A stretch of DNA of 64,000 bases from Vicugna vicugna (lineage: Eukaryota): the NCBI GenBank assembly GCA_013265495.1, contig MU058423.1:7239449-7303448 (forward strand), read 5' to 3'. A model generated the notes under the pieces. It searched no databases. It worked only from the letters and a program-made list of their open reading frames with translations, and was not told where the DNA came from. This document shows positions 1 to 11,650 of this stretch, in pieces. Made by a program: the position numbers and the translations under genes. The number at the start of each line of letters is the position of its first letter. Position 1 is the stretch's first letter.

Positions 1-539
1 GTAAGCAAGCAAGCATCTACACCTGTGACCATGTAATTCGGTGTAGGATATCCCAGGAAAAATTACTTTGGGTCGGGGGCTTTCTTTAGCCAAGACAATC
101 CAGATAGAAGTTTAACAGCTTAGAACTGCCTGCCAGTAGCGTTCCACACCACTGAAGAAATGAGCCCTTCATTCCTAAATGGACATCTAAACAGGGAATG
201 ATAGGTTGGCCCAGATTTCTATTGGAAACTCAAAGGAATTCAAGGGAAATGATGAAAATTGAGAAGTATTTCTTTCAAATTAAAGTACAAGTCAAAATTT
301 GTCACTATAACCCCTTTTATTAGTATTATCCTGAAGGCACCAGTCATACAAGAATCAGAAATATGAATCATAAGAATCAGAAATACCAGAAGAAAAATTG
401 ACATTACTCTGGTGTCAGGATCAACTGCTTCCCTCCACCTTCTCATCACGCATTTAAGCTCTGACCCTCTCCAGTCTTCTTTCTTCTAACACAATGTATC
501 CCCAGTAGCTTGAATGGTTGAGGGTCCAATAGATTCTCG

Positions 540-925
540 TTGAACCTTGTCCTACCAGACTTTCTTGGTGTGTTTAACACTGAGGGCTACTCCCTTCTGG
601 GAAGATTTTGTCCTTTTGCCTTGGGTGACCCTGTTCTTGTTCTCTCCTGCCCGTGCTGGTTTTTTTCTACAGGCATCTCTCAGCAGCAGGTCTCCATGAC
701 ACCCACTGCTCTTCCAACCACACAGCCCGCTTGACAGCCACATCCATTCTCATCTATATGCTAATGACTCTCAGATCTCCATGGCAGTCTTTGTCCTCAC
801 TCAAGACTTTAGACCTGCTTCATCAATTGCCTCCCCATCTCCTTCAGGGTCCTGTAGTCCCCTCAAATTCAGAATGTATAAAACTAAACTCATCACTTTT
901 CTTCCTCAAGCCTATTTCTTCTGTA
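540..925 (+). mobile_element. L2 LINE fragment
   Basis: catctatatgctaatgactctcagatct...ctcaaattcagaatgtataaaactaaactcatc matches the degenerate L2 ORF2 3' region (YADD-derived segment). Confidence 0.7.
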
Positions 926-1519
926 TTGCAAATTAATCACTGAAATCTAAATCCGAACCAAACCATGAGAGAAGCTATCCACTTAACCACATATACCTCA
1001 ATGTATTCATAACTTTTTCATATTGAGGACATTATATTTAGCATAAGAGCTCTATTTGGATCCATTTGAAATCTAACCCTAAGCTCACATATAAAGCTCA
1101 TATATAAAGAAGTTAAATTAATAAATGACCCATCTACTGCCTTACAAATTCAAATGAGATAATGTATGCTTTGTATGAATAGCTTTTAAAAGTTTTGATA
1201 ATTGACATTTCCCAGTGAATTTTGTATCAGATATAAATAAAGGAGATTTTTTTACTTCACATGTTATGTAATAAAGATAGATTTATGCTATTGAAACATC
1301 ACATGTAGTTGGAAATCTTTGGATCAAAGATTACACAAATTATTGTTCAAGGTTCTTAAAAATCTCAACTGACTTCCTTACACCCATAATTAACTACATT
1401 TTCTTGTGTATATAATCATTGAAAATGAATTAAGGTATTTATTGGTAGCTATTAACTCTATAAAGACACATTTATTTTTTCTAATAAATATTTCAAATAT
1501 TAAGTATTACTGGAGGCAA

Positions 1520-1870
1520 TCAGTTCAGTTCTCCTGAGCGGCACTCTCAGAACTGTATCAACAGTAGATTCCATACACAATGTATTAACAGTGGCTTATA
1601 TGTACACAGCTTTACCCTCTTAAAAAAATTCTGAATGTAAGCATCTTCTGGCTGATATGGCTACTCAAGGAAGTCATCAGATTCCTAGGACCAGGAAGTC
1701 GTCATATATCCTCAGAATAAACTCATAGTCTTGGACGGCTGCAAGAACTTCAGAATTGCATTAACCAGTTCTCATGAACATACACAACACTCACATATGT
1801 GAGTTAGTGAAGATCCCTAACTGCAAGGAAATCTGGAAAATGTAGTCTCTAGGTTGAGTATTTTGCTTCC
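1520..1870 (-). mobile_element. Old MaLR LTR (MLT1-type)
   Basis: ccctaactgcaaggaaatctggaaaatgtagtct is a typical reverse-strand MLT1 motif. Confidence 0.55.
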
Positions 1871-2387
1871 TCCACGAAACTATTTTTCGAGACAAAAAGA
1901 GAAAAAGCATAATGAGTGGCAGCTAGTATTCTAACATTTGACTGAGCAATTACATTATTTAGTCTCATTTCAACTGAGCTATACATTTCAATTTCCTCTG
2001 TAGCAAACTGTTTAACATCACCTGTGAATTTTGTCAGACCGTTACATTTAGCCAGAAGTAGTATATGGGAATGGAAATAATCTGACAGTCTTAAAAGACC
2101 TCAAAATTTAATTTATGCACTTTCTAGCAGATAATTTACAGATAATGTAATACATAGCAATTCAGCTAAAAGTCATGTTACTCAGAAGAAATCCAAAAAA
2201 TATTAGTAGTTTGATGCAAAATCTTCAAAAACAGTTCTAAGCTACAAAAACATTTTAACAACGCCAGGTTATGAATGGCATACCAAACTATCCTCACATC
2301 AAGAGAAGTAAGGTAAGTGCTCAGACTAGAATTCTCATTTTTGTTCTTTTTATTTTTGTTTAATGTTTTTACCAGATTTAGTCAAAA

Positions 2388-2565
2388 CTATATGATTGAT
2401 CCAGCAATTGTACTTCAGGGTATTTATTCATGGAAGAAGAAAATACTAACTCAAAAAGCTATCTACACCCTCAGTGTTCATTCCAGTATTATTTACAACA
2501 TCCAGGATACAGCAACTACCTAAGTGCACACTGATGGATGAATGGATAAAGAAATTATGGTGTGT
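2388..2565 (+). mobile_element. L1 fragment (ORF2 end/3' UTR start)
   Basis: gatccagcaattgtacttcagggtatttat...gatggatgaatggataaagaaattatggtg. Confidence 0.85.
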
Positions 2566-3030
2566 TATTCATATTTATTAAAACAAACATTTCACTTGCT
2601 GACACCATACCACCCCAAGTCCTCCAAATCAAGTTCAGTTTCAAAGTTTTTCATAGACATTAAAATACTGTCTTTGAATTAAAATTCTCCAGAAGATCTG
2701 CTTTAATGTGTAAAATTAAGGTCTGAATGAACAATTTTCTCCTTCTTTTATTATAACAAATTCTGTTTTGATCTATGACTCCACTAAATATAATTTGTGT
2801 AACTGAATGGCTCCAGAAATATTAATCAATTTTCTGGCTTTTAATTATATTTTAAAAACAGCATCTTGAAATATTCCATCTAGGCAACTTTTAGGTTTCC
2901 TTAGAGAAAAGCAGCTTTGAGGAAAACACTCCTGGAATTTTAAGTAAAGAAAAGCAATTACAAACGTGAGGAGAAATAATTGTTTAAAAAGTACATCTTG
3001 GTTAAGGTATTTGGACAGAATTTTTAAAGA

Positions 3031-3190
3031 TTTTTTTAAGACTTTATTTTTTACAATAGTTTTAGATTTACAACAAAATTTGGAGGAAAGTACAGAGACT
3101 TGTCATTGACCCTCTGTCTCCACACATGCATAACCTTCTTGACTATTAACATTACTCACCAGAGTGGTATTGGTTGTTTTGTTTTGTTTT

Positions 3191-3224
<34 letters not shown>

Positions 3225-4268
3225 TGTTTTTGTTTTTTCCAAGGATGAACCTATATTTACACATTGCAATCACCCAAAGTCCATAGTTTACCTTACGGTC
3301 CACTCTTAGCTTTGTATATTCCTCGGTTTGAATAAATGTATAATGACATATATCCATCATTATAATATCACATAGAGAATTTCCATGGCCCTAAAAATCT
3401 TCTGTAATCCACCTGTTCATCCCCCATTTCTACCCTTTTCCACAAATGACTTTTTTTATTGTCTCTATTGTTTTCCCCTTTTTCAGATTATTATATAGTG
3501 GGAGCACAGAGTATGCAACCTTGTCAGGTTGGCTTCTTTTACTAAGTAATATGCATTTATGTTCCCTCTATATTGTTTTCATGGCCTGATAACTCATTTC
3601 ATTTTAGCACTGATTAATATTCCACTGTCTGGATCTACCTTAGTTTATTTATCTATTTACCCACTGGAGAACACCTTGGTTGTTTCCAGGATTTGGCAAT
3701 GATGAATAAAGCTGCTGTGAACATTTATGTGCAAGTTTTTGTGTGGGCCTAAGTATTCAGTTATTTTGGCTAAATACCTAAGACTATTTGCTGGATTGGA
3801 TGGTAAGAGTATGTTTAGTTTTCTAAGAAATTGCAAACCTGTCTTGCAGAGGGGCCATACCAGTTTGCATTCCCACAGGAGCTATATGAGAATCCCTCTT
3901 GGTCCACATCCTTGCGAGCCTTTGGTGTTGTCAGTGTTCCAGATTTTGGCCATTCTAATTGGTTTGTATTCGCACCTCATTGTCTTAATTTGCATTTTCC
4001 TGATGACATATGAGATAGAGCATCTCTTCACATTTTGTTTGCCCTCTGTATGACTCCTTTGGTGAGGTGTCTGTTAAGGTCTTTGGTCCATTTATTAATT
4101 AGGTTTGTTTTCTTATTAAGTTTTAAGAATTTTCTTGTAAATTTTGGATAACTGTCCTTTGTCAGTTGTGTCTTTTATGAATATTTTCTCCCAGTCTGTG
4201 GCCTGTCTTCTAATTCTCTTCATACTGTCTTTGGCAAAGCAGAAGTATTTAATTTTAATGACGTCCAA
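3031..4268 (-). mobile_element. L1 3' portion, L1MC-like, 5'-truncated
   Basis: T-rich tail at 3031; cacccaaagtccatagtttac; atgaataaagctgctgtgaacatt; attttctcccagtctgtggc; possible TSD aaagattt at 3026-3033 and 4267-4274. Confidence 0.9.
3173..3238 (+). repeat. (TTTTG/TTTTTG)n microsatellite inside L1
   Basis: Directly visible. Confidence 0.95.
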
Positions 4269-6494
4269 AGATTTCTTTTGGATAAAAGTATTTAAAATAC
4301 CTAAATTAACAGAATCAAAAATGTAATAAAATTGTGTGAATCAATCTAAAATGTCCTGCCATTTATTGAGAAACTATATTAATGTAATTTATGCATTATC
4401 ATACTTAAATTCTGAAATTAGATGAATACATTTATTTGTAGATATCTAGTTATTGCCAAAAGTATCTATATTGTATGATTATGATATTTACTAAGATCTA
4501 CAGAATAAAAGTTTAAAAATCAGCTTGGCCATTAGAAAAAGACAATGTGCTTCCAAGCCAAAGAACTTTGATGGCCTATGGTCTTTAATCTCCCTAAATT
4601 ATAAGGAAAACTTCTGCTCTGATTTCTTTCTTTATAAGATTGTTCCTGATTTAAAATTCACTTTCCATTCAACAGTCCACCATGGTGTTGCATTTGATGA
4701 TCATATCAGTTGTTGATAATTTTGCCTCATTTTTTTATACAATTCCTTATTTTTCACCTCTATCATTCTCTTTGGACTACCTGACAGTGTTAATCATGAA
4801 TATTTTGATGTTACTTATTGCTATGATTGATAATATTCATATTTACTTGCTTATTCTGATTCTCAGTGAAAATTGTTATTTTGCAAATTATTCTTTTCAT
4901 TTTTATCTATCCCTAGCCTTTGTTTATCTAACTAAACTTATCTATGTCTGTCGCATTGTTTGCCCAAGATCATTGTTTAGTGCTTCAATGAGCCTGTCTT
5001 TCATGCTTTGAGAAGTTTTATTCAACACATGATGTTTCGCTTTCTATTTCATACTGTCTAGTCATATTTAATACTTTGTTGCTGGTTCTAAAACTTTGTA
5101 GACTGGAATCTGTTAAGTAAAATAAATAAGGCATTCTGTTTGCTTATTAACTGAGTGGGTCTTAGAGAACATTTCAAATCTCCATAGTTTCAAAGATACC
5201 GGTTGCCTAACACGAGGCTGGTTTTCATCACATAAGAAAGATGAAAAATCATCCCATCATGTGAAAACTTCTTAGGAGAGGAGCTCAACAAGATAAAGTG
5301 GCCTTTCTGTTTTTTCACATCCCCAGGAAAACATGGTTTTCTAAGTTCCCTAAGCTCCAGTTAATAAACATGCTAAATAATGATGTTTGCTGTCCCTTGG
5401 CATCACTGCCTTTACAGAAAAGGAAAGCTGTAACTTCACATTTGCTGGGTGGCTCATATCAGTCAGCTATATGAGAAAGATTTCTTCGATTACAACTTCA
5501 AAACCAAATATATTCACTTTTCCAGGCATATAAATGCTATATCTTTTCATTTTATTTGAATTTTCAATTAAAATATTAATACTAATTATAAAAATAGAAT
5601 TGCCAATAATTGTCTATATAACTTTTCAGCTAGAAACTAGATTAGATAAGTATAATGGTAAGAAATATCCATTATAGAAATAATTCTTTTAAAAAGTATC
5701 GAAAGTATTATGGAACACCTTGTTTCCTTGAATGTTATTTTTCTAAATTAAAAGAAGTTCTAATTTTATTCATGCCTATACAAAGAGACATATTGCCAAA
5801 GTTGGGAAGAAAATTAGTGCATAATTTAATTTTTATTCTCCAGGTTTCTATCAAGGTTATCATTCACATTTACCACATTTTGAAACCAAATAGAGATTAC
5901 AACTCTCTGAATGAATGAAAGTGAAATAACTTTATTATCTTGTTTATGACAATTCTTATAGAAGTAGTATATACTGAAATGCACTGAGTATAAATGCTTC
6001 ACATCATCATGACAACAAATACTTTGACTGGTTCTCATGATGATGGTAATAAAGACAATGACGAAGATAACGTTTTCTCTCTTGATGTGTCCAGAAATAG
6101 CGGCGACATTCAATGAAGTTTCATTTTGACAATATGATCTACCTTCTGTACAAAGCCTTCAACCTATCATTTATAAAGAAGCTTAAAAATATCCTTTTGC
6201 TAAGTATTGAATTTCACTAGTTCAAACAAGATATATAATGTTTATTTCTTTATCTTCAGGTAGCTTTCCCACGATAAAGAATTGATAAAAAATAATCCCG
6301 AAGTATTAACTCACAAGATTTGTCATATCATACTATCTTAAACTCAAGTCAGATACCAGCTACCCAGGTCTGGGTTTACTGATGATACTGAAAATTTTTA
6401 AAGGAATAGATTAGATCCTTCCCTAAAACAATTCTATCTGTTGGATGTACTTCAGTTTATAAGGTGACAAAATCTTTATCTATTTGAATTGAAT

Positions 6495-6790
6495 GCAAGA
6501 AGCCTAGACAATCTTTCTTCTACAAGCATTTTTAGTTCAGTATTTAATTTCTGTAACACAAAGTATCGCTCTGCTGTATGCCCACTTTTCAGCTTCTCCA
6601 TGACTTACAAAGACGTTTATTTCTTGCTGCTCTTCTTGTTCTTCAATTTTAACAAATTCTGGATCAGCTATAATGATACTAGGCATCTTTCCATGACCAT
6701 ACTGGCCATTTCTTACTATTTTTTAGTATATTTTCAGTAGTATTTTGAAAATTTAATTGCAGGACAAAATGCCATTTCTTAATTCCCCTT
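6495..6790 (-). mobile_element. Possible ancient Tigger/pogo transposase C-terminal remnant
   Basis: Minus frame 6716-6537 reads ...IIADPEFVKIEEQEEQQEINVFVSHGEAEKWA..., resembling the acidic tail and VSHxEA motif of pogo/Tigger transposases. Confidence 0.3.
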
Positions 6791-7010
6791 ACTAAGACGA
6801 TGAGTTTTTCAGGGAGAGTCTATGAATATTTTAATTGAAAACCCTTTTCTTTGGAAGTTAAAATAACGTCAGCCTAATAGCATCATTTCTTTAAACCCAT
6901 TAACTCATCAGTGCAAAAATGCAACAGTAGCCCTGAGCCTGCATTACAAATTATATATTTGATGTGCCTTTAATCATTCACAATGGATTCTCTGATTAAC
7001 ATTGCTAAAC

Positions 7011-7219
7011 ACTTGGCATTGCGCATGTACATCATTAACAAGATGAAAAAACGAAGCTTAATTTCGCTTTATAGAAAAATTGACTGTTGCCTGCGGGGAG
7101 CCACTCGTGACGGAGGGCTGCCGCGCACAGAACTTGATACTTGGCATTGCACATGTACATCATTAACAAGATGAAAAAAGGAAGCTTAATTTCGCTTTGT
7201 AGATACGTTGACTGTTGCC
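7011..7219. repeat. 81-bp direct repeat (7011-7091, 7139-7219) separated by a 47-bp CpG-rich spacer
   Basis: Manual alignment: 75/81 identical, no indels. Confidence 0.95.
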
Positions 7220-7652
7220 AAGCATCTCTGCCAATCAACCTTGACCTAAAGTTAGAACTCTTGTTAGTTGTCATGAGATAAAAAGGACATCCAAATTTCA
7301 AAGAAGTGAATTTAGATGAATCTAGGTTAAAATAACGTTGACTGATGTACATTGTACCCTAAAATTAGTTTTTATCATAGGTGAAGACATTTTTTCCGTG
7401 ATATTGAATGTTCTGGTTAATAAATCAACATGTTGACTATATTCTCTATTACATGTTTTGGTTTTTTTTAGTTTTGTGTTCGCCACTGTACTATACTCAA
7501 AACATAACAAAATGACGTTTTAAGTCTTAGAATTCAACAAACATTGGGTACATTCAATTTAATTTCTTTCCCTGTTCCTTTTGGCTGTATCCCGGCCCAT
7601 TCTTTTGGAGTTGATAATGTTACCAGAAGAGTAGTCAGAGTTGGCCTAATGG

Positions 7653-7780
7653 TTCATTTATCCATGATGTACTTATTCTACAAATATTTATAGAACATTC
7701 AATATGTTTCAGGCGCTGAGATGGATGTGGGAGACACAGGAATGAAATGACATTATTTTTGCTCTCTGCAGTTTAAATTC
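7653..7780 (-). mobile_element. L2 3' end
   Basis: ttcatttatcc...caaatatttatagaacattcaatatgtttcaggcgctg. Confidence 0.65.
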
Positions 7781-9049
7781 CCCTAGAGAATTAGCCTTTT
7801 AAATATACAAAATGCACTGTCTTATTTCAAATTCCAAGAGTCTTCTATGGCTCAAGGAGCAGGATTCTGTTCCAGGTAGCCAGAAAATAAAAGTATCAAC
7901 TGTAACGGTGAAGCTTAGCATGCGAGCTCATGACTTTAGCACAGTGAGGGAGACTTTTCCAGTTTGTGAAAGCAGAATGAATCTATTACCTTTTAGGTTC
8001 TGGATTCCATAAATGATGAAAAAAATGCCATGAAGCCGATGGATATTCATATGCAATTTATGAACCAAGAAATATCAATTAAGGAATTTAGTAGTCAATA
8101 CTAAATGGGTCTAAAAACTAGAAAAAGTAATTGACCAATCTAATACAAATAATTATATATGATAAAATAGCAGACTAAGTGTGTAAAATGACTACAGAAA
8201 CTGTAAAAGCTGAAACATAATTACTGTTTTACTATATAAATTAATTCCTTTCTTCTTATAGATTGTCTGCAGTAGTCCTCCATCCCAGTGATGAGGTGAT
8301 GTTCCTGTACATTCTAGGTTCTCTGTAAAGATTTACTGACTGACTGAGGAATCATTCTCGATCATTTTATTTCTGTATTTCTATTTCATACTTTTTTCCA
8401 TATAACCCAAATGTAGTCCAAATGTTCAGGATTACATCCTATAGTCTTCCTATAATGGTGGTGACTTGGAAACTGGATTCTACTCCTGAGGAAGTATATA
8501 ATTTTAAATAACTTAAAATACAAATTGTAGAGCAGACAGAATCTCACTTCTGCATCAATATCACACAGGTATTAGTGTCTCATACCTGTTCTCTTATTTA
8601 CCGTGCCTGAGTGTTCCCCATTTGGGAACTGCTTCATCCCGTTCTGCCTCTCCGACATTCACCTACTCACTTTGGTGACTGTACCCTTCTATTTAATGAC
8701 CTTTTGTATAACTGAAATCCATTGCATACTTTAACTCTGTTTTCAATCACTTACTCAGAAGCCAAAAAGCCCTCCTCTCTAATTTTGCGTCTATGCACCT
8801 TCGTGTTTCTAGCCTGACTCATCAGTCCTCTACTGATGCCATCCAGAACCACGAGGCTCACGGAAATCCTAGAGTGATTTCACAACCTCTAACCACATCA
8901 AATTCAAATTGCAGACTTTTTGTTGGACACATCGTAAAGTAAGTTTAGTTTACTTTTTTTTCAAAAATATACATATTTATTTATAGTTTAACAAATATCA
9001 TGGGGAAAGAAGAAGCATGTTTAAAATTCATGGCAAAATAAAAATATTT

Positions 9050-9398
9050 GTCCGCTTCCGGTGACAGGGTCCTGGGAAGGTGAGCCAGGTGCCATGTCCA
9101 GCCGGGAGGATGGCAAGAAGCAGCCCCTGAAGCAGCCCCTGAAGCAGCCCAAGAAGCAGGCCAAGGAGATGAATGACATAAGGCAATAAAAAAAAGGCTT
9201 TTAGGTCCTCGAGTTTCTTCTCCTCCTCTTTCTGTTTCTGCTAGAATGCCTTATCTCGTCCATCCCCCACCACAGGTGGAATTAAGAAATCTGGCAAAAA
9301 GTAAGCTGTTCCTTGTGCCTGAGGCAATGATGATCCTTAATTCACTCCTGTTTGAACGTCCAGATTCCCTATCATAGCATCTGCTGCCACCCATAGAC
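9050..9398 (+). pseudogene. TMA7: TMA7 (translation machinery associated 7) processed pseudogene with internal inversion
   Basis: GCCATG with ATG at 9094 gives [26 protein letters not shown] (TMA7 N-terminus [22 protein letters not shown]); 9196-9264 on the minus strand gives DKAF*QKQKEEEKKLEDLKA; ~9271-9304 on plus gives TGGIKKSGKK*; intronless, with 5' UTR and partial 3' UTR. Confidence 0.93.
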
Positions 9399-10139
9399 GA
9401 AATATTCATTTTCCTGATACATATATGTGTTTTGAACAATATGCAAAATGTGGATTGCATACTACTTGTGTTTCGAGAATAATTTACATATTCAAACGTG
9501 CCTTAAGAGTCCTTGCTGAACATTCATCAACACTGTGCTGATTTCAATGAAGTGTTTCTCAGGCTTTCATGGATATCTGCGTAAAATAGAAAAAGTCAAG
9601 TAATCTCCTGTATGTTCCATATCACATTGCTCTGTCCTACCAAGAGCACTATGAAAATGTATGTGATGTCTTTGTGTGAAGCTGTGATGTGCTTTACTCA
9701 ACGATATGGATGTGAGAAATTTTACGTTGCTTAAAGGAGAGAAACAAATGGCTGATTTTTTTGTCTCAAAGATCTAGGGGAATAATGTATGATCATCCTC
9801 GTTGAACATAGTAGATGACTTTCAAATACCACAATATTTTCTTCATGGCCATTGTCAAAAGTGTCTTTTGTGTTATAAAATTCTTGCTTTGAAGAATGCA
9901 GTATGCCCGAGTCAGTTGGTAAGCAAAGAAGTCCAGCTGGTATTTCTGATTTATCATCTAAACAACTGACAAATGTTTAGGACAACAGCGCTCAATTTTT
10001 TAATATCTGGGTCTGTGATATTTTTATTAAATAAGTATTTTATTTACAGAAACATAAGTAAGATCTTCTTGTGTCTGAGGGGACTTGAATCCAGGAGCTT
10101 TATCTTTCATACAACTTTTCATTAATAACCAAGCCACCA

Positions 10140-10630
10140 TGTAGTTTCTATTGGTTCACTTTTGCTGTATGACATACCATCCCCAAAACTTTGTAGCATA
10201 AAATATCCTTTTATTTGCCTCATGATTCTGCAAGTCAGAAATTTGGGCTGGATTCAGATGGCGAGTCCTTCTGCTTAATTTGCCCTGACTCACGTGCCCC
10301 GGTGAGCTGACAGGTTGGCTGGGGCTGGTGGTTCTGGGGCACCTACATCAGAGCAACTCAGCTCTTTTGTGCCCCCTCATACCTCAGCAGGCTTGTCTGA
10401 ATATTTTCATATGGTGCCCAGCGGGTTCCAGGAGCTTCGAAAGAGGAAAAGCCCTAGTCACAAATGTTTTTTAAGCATCTCATACTTAATAACATCTCAT
10501 TGTTCAAAGCAAGCTGCATGGCCAACACCAAGGCTATGTGTGGGAGGCCCCACAAAGTACTCAGTGAGGGAATGTGGGCACAAGAGGAGAAGAATTTGGG
10601 GGCAGTTTTGCATTTTACCACATTCTACAT
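10140..10630 (-). mobile_element. MaLR LTR (MLT1F/G/H-like)
   Basis: ttgctgtatgacataccatccccaaaactt...ctcatgattctgcaagtcagaaatttgggctgg. Confidence 0.75.
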
Positions 10631-11029
10631 GAAGAGTGCTTACTTTGGAAGTCAGCTAAAACATTAGGTCAGCTGTAGCTTGCCTTTTTTTTTTTTCTTG
10701 GTAAGTCATTAATTAAAATCTGGATCTGATAGGTCTCACTTAGCCCAGAGGACTGTGCATGGATGCACTGTCAACTGTATGGCACTAGGCGGGTAAACTA
10801 CCTGTTTAGCACATCAGTTTCCAGTGCATAAATGAGCCTGGACTAAATAACCCCTGTGGGCCCCTGAAGTTCTGATATTTTTGATTCCATAAAATATCTC
10901 AAGTATTTCCCATAAGCAAAAACCATTTCATATGAAATGAAGACACTACAAAGAAACGTAAAAGGTGAATATTGATATGAAAAAATGGCAACCTAACCTT
11001 AGTTATAATTGTTACATATTAGAAAGCTC

Positions 11030-11200
11030 TGTTATATGTATATTTTCATTTAATACTCATGGAAATCCTGCCAACTTATACTCATTTGCATTTTTGATAT
11101 TGGGAAAGAAAAACACATAAGAATAAGTAATATGCTTGAAATCACATAACCGTTAAGTGATCTTGGCTAAGATGTGGGCTCATCATTTTTAATCATTATA
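11030..11200 (-). mobile_element. MIR SINE fragment
   Basis: ttttcatttaatactcat...aagtaatatgcttgaaatcacataaccgttaagtg. Confidence 0.5.
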
Positions 11201-11329
11201 TTTTCTCTGAGCTCATTGAATAAAACAAAACACATCAAAGACAGGGTAAGTGCAATTGCACAGCATTTAATGAGTTTCAGAGAACAGACAAGGGAGTGTG
11301 ACGTACGAAAGTCTTTATGTGTAACTTTA

Positions 11330-11650
11330 GCTGTAAGACAGGCTTTGAGGAAACTTAGAGAACTTAGGTGACTTGTCCTTTGTAGGAATAATAAAAGAAC
11401 ATATTTGACTTTGGCAAGAATTTGGTTTTAGGAAATGGTGCATTTTTATGTAGGAAGATAGCCTGAGTGAATATTGTATTTAATTTTGAATTTCAGCTTG
11501 AGTTGTTTGAACTTATTTTTGTCCAAGAGACGTTTGAACTTATTTTTATCCAAGAGACAGTGGGGATACGTAAAGTGCTTTTAAATAGGGAAGTTATATC
11601 ATAGAATGTTTTGATTAATTTGGCATAACTATCTTTGAGGCCAGGAAATT
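11330..11650 (-). mobile_element. L2 fragment containing a 27-bp tandem duplication
   Basis: gtttgaacttattttt...gcttttaaatagggaagttatatcataga resembles antisense L2; duplication at 11505-11531 and 11532-11558. Confidence 0.5.

Noticed and set aside
1..200. Possible ERVL-type LTR remnant at window start
   Set aside because: Resemblance too weak and truncated to name a family without a database search
1789..1804. Perfect 16-bp palindrome actcacatatgtgagt
   Set aside because: About one is expected by chance in 64 kb; lies within an old LTR
7011..7219. Repeat-spacer-repeat as a CRISPR-like array
   Set aside because: Mammalian context, only two units, 81-bp repeat is too long, and no cas genes
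6983..7352. Overlapping ORFs spanning the duplication
   Set aside because: No recognisable homology; explained by the GC-rich spacer lacking stop codons
8240..8340. Splice-acceptor-like site ttcctttcttcttatag (similar ones at ~15968 and ~26361)
   Set aside because: No convincing paired donor with a coding frame; such motifs are common in AT-rich DNA
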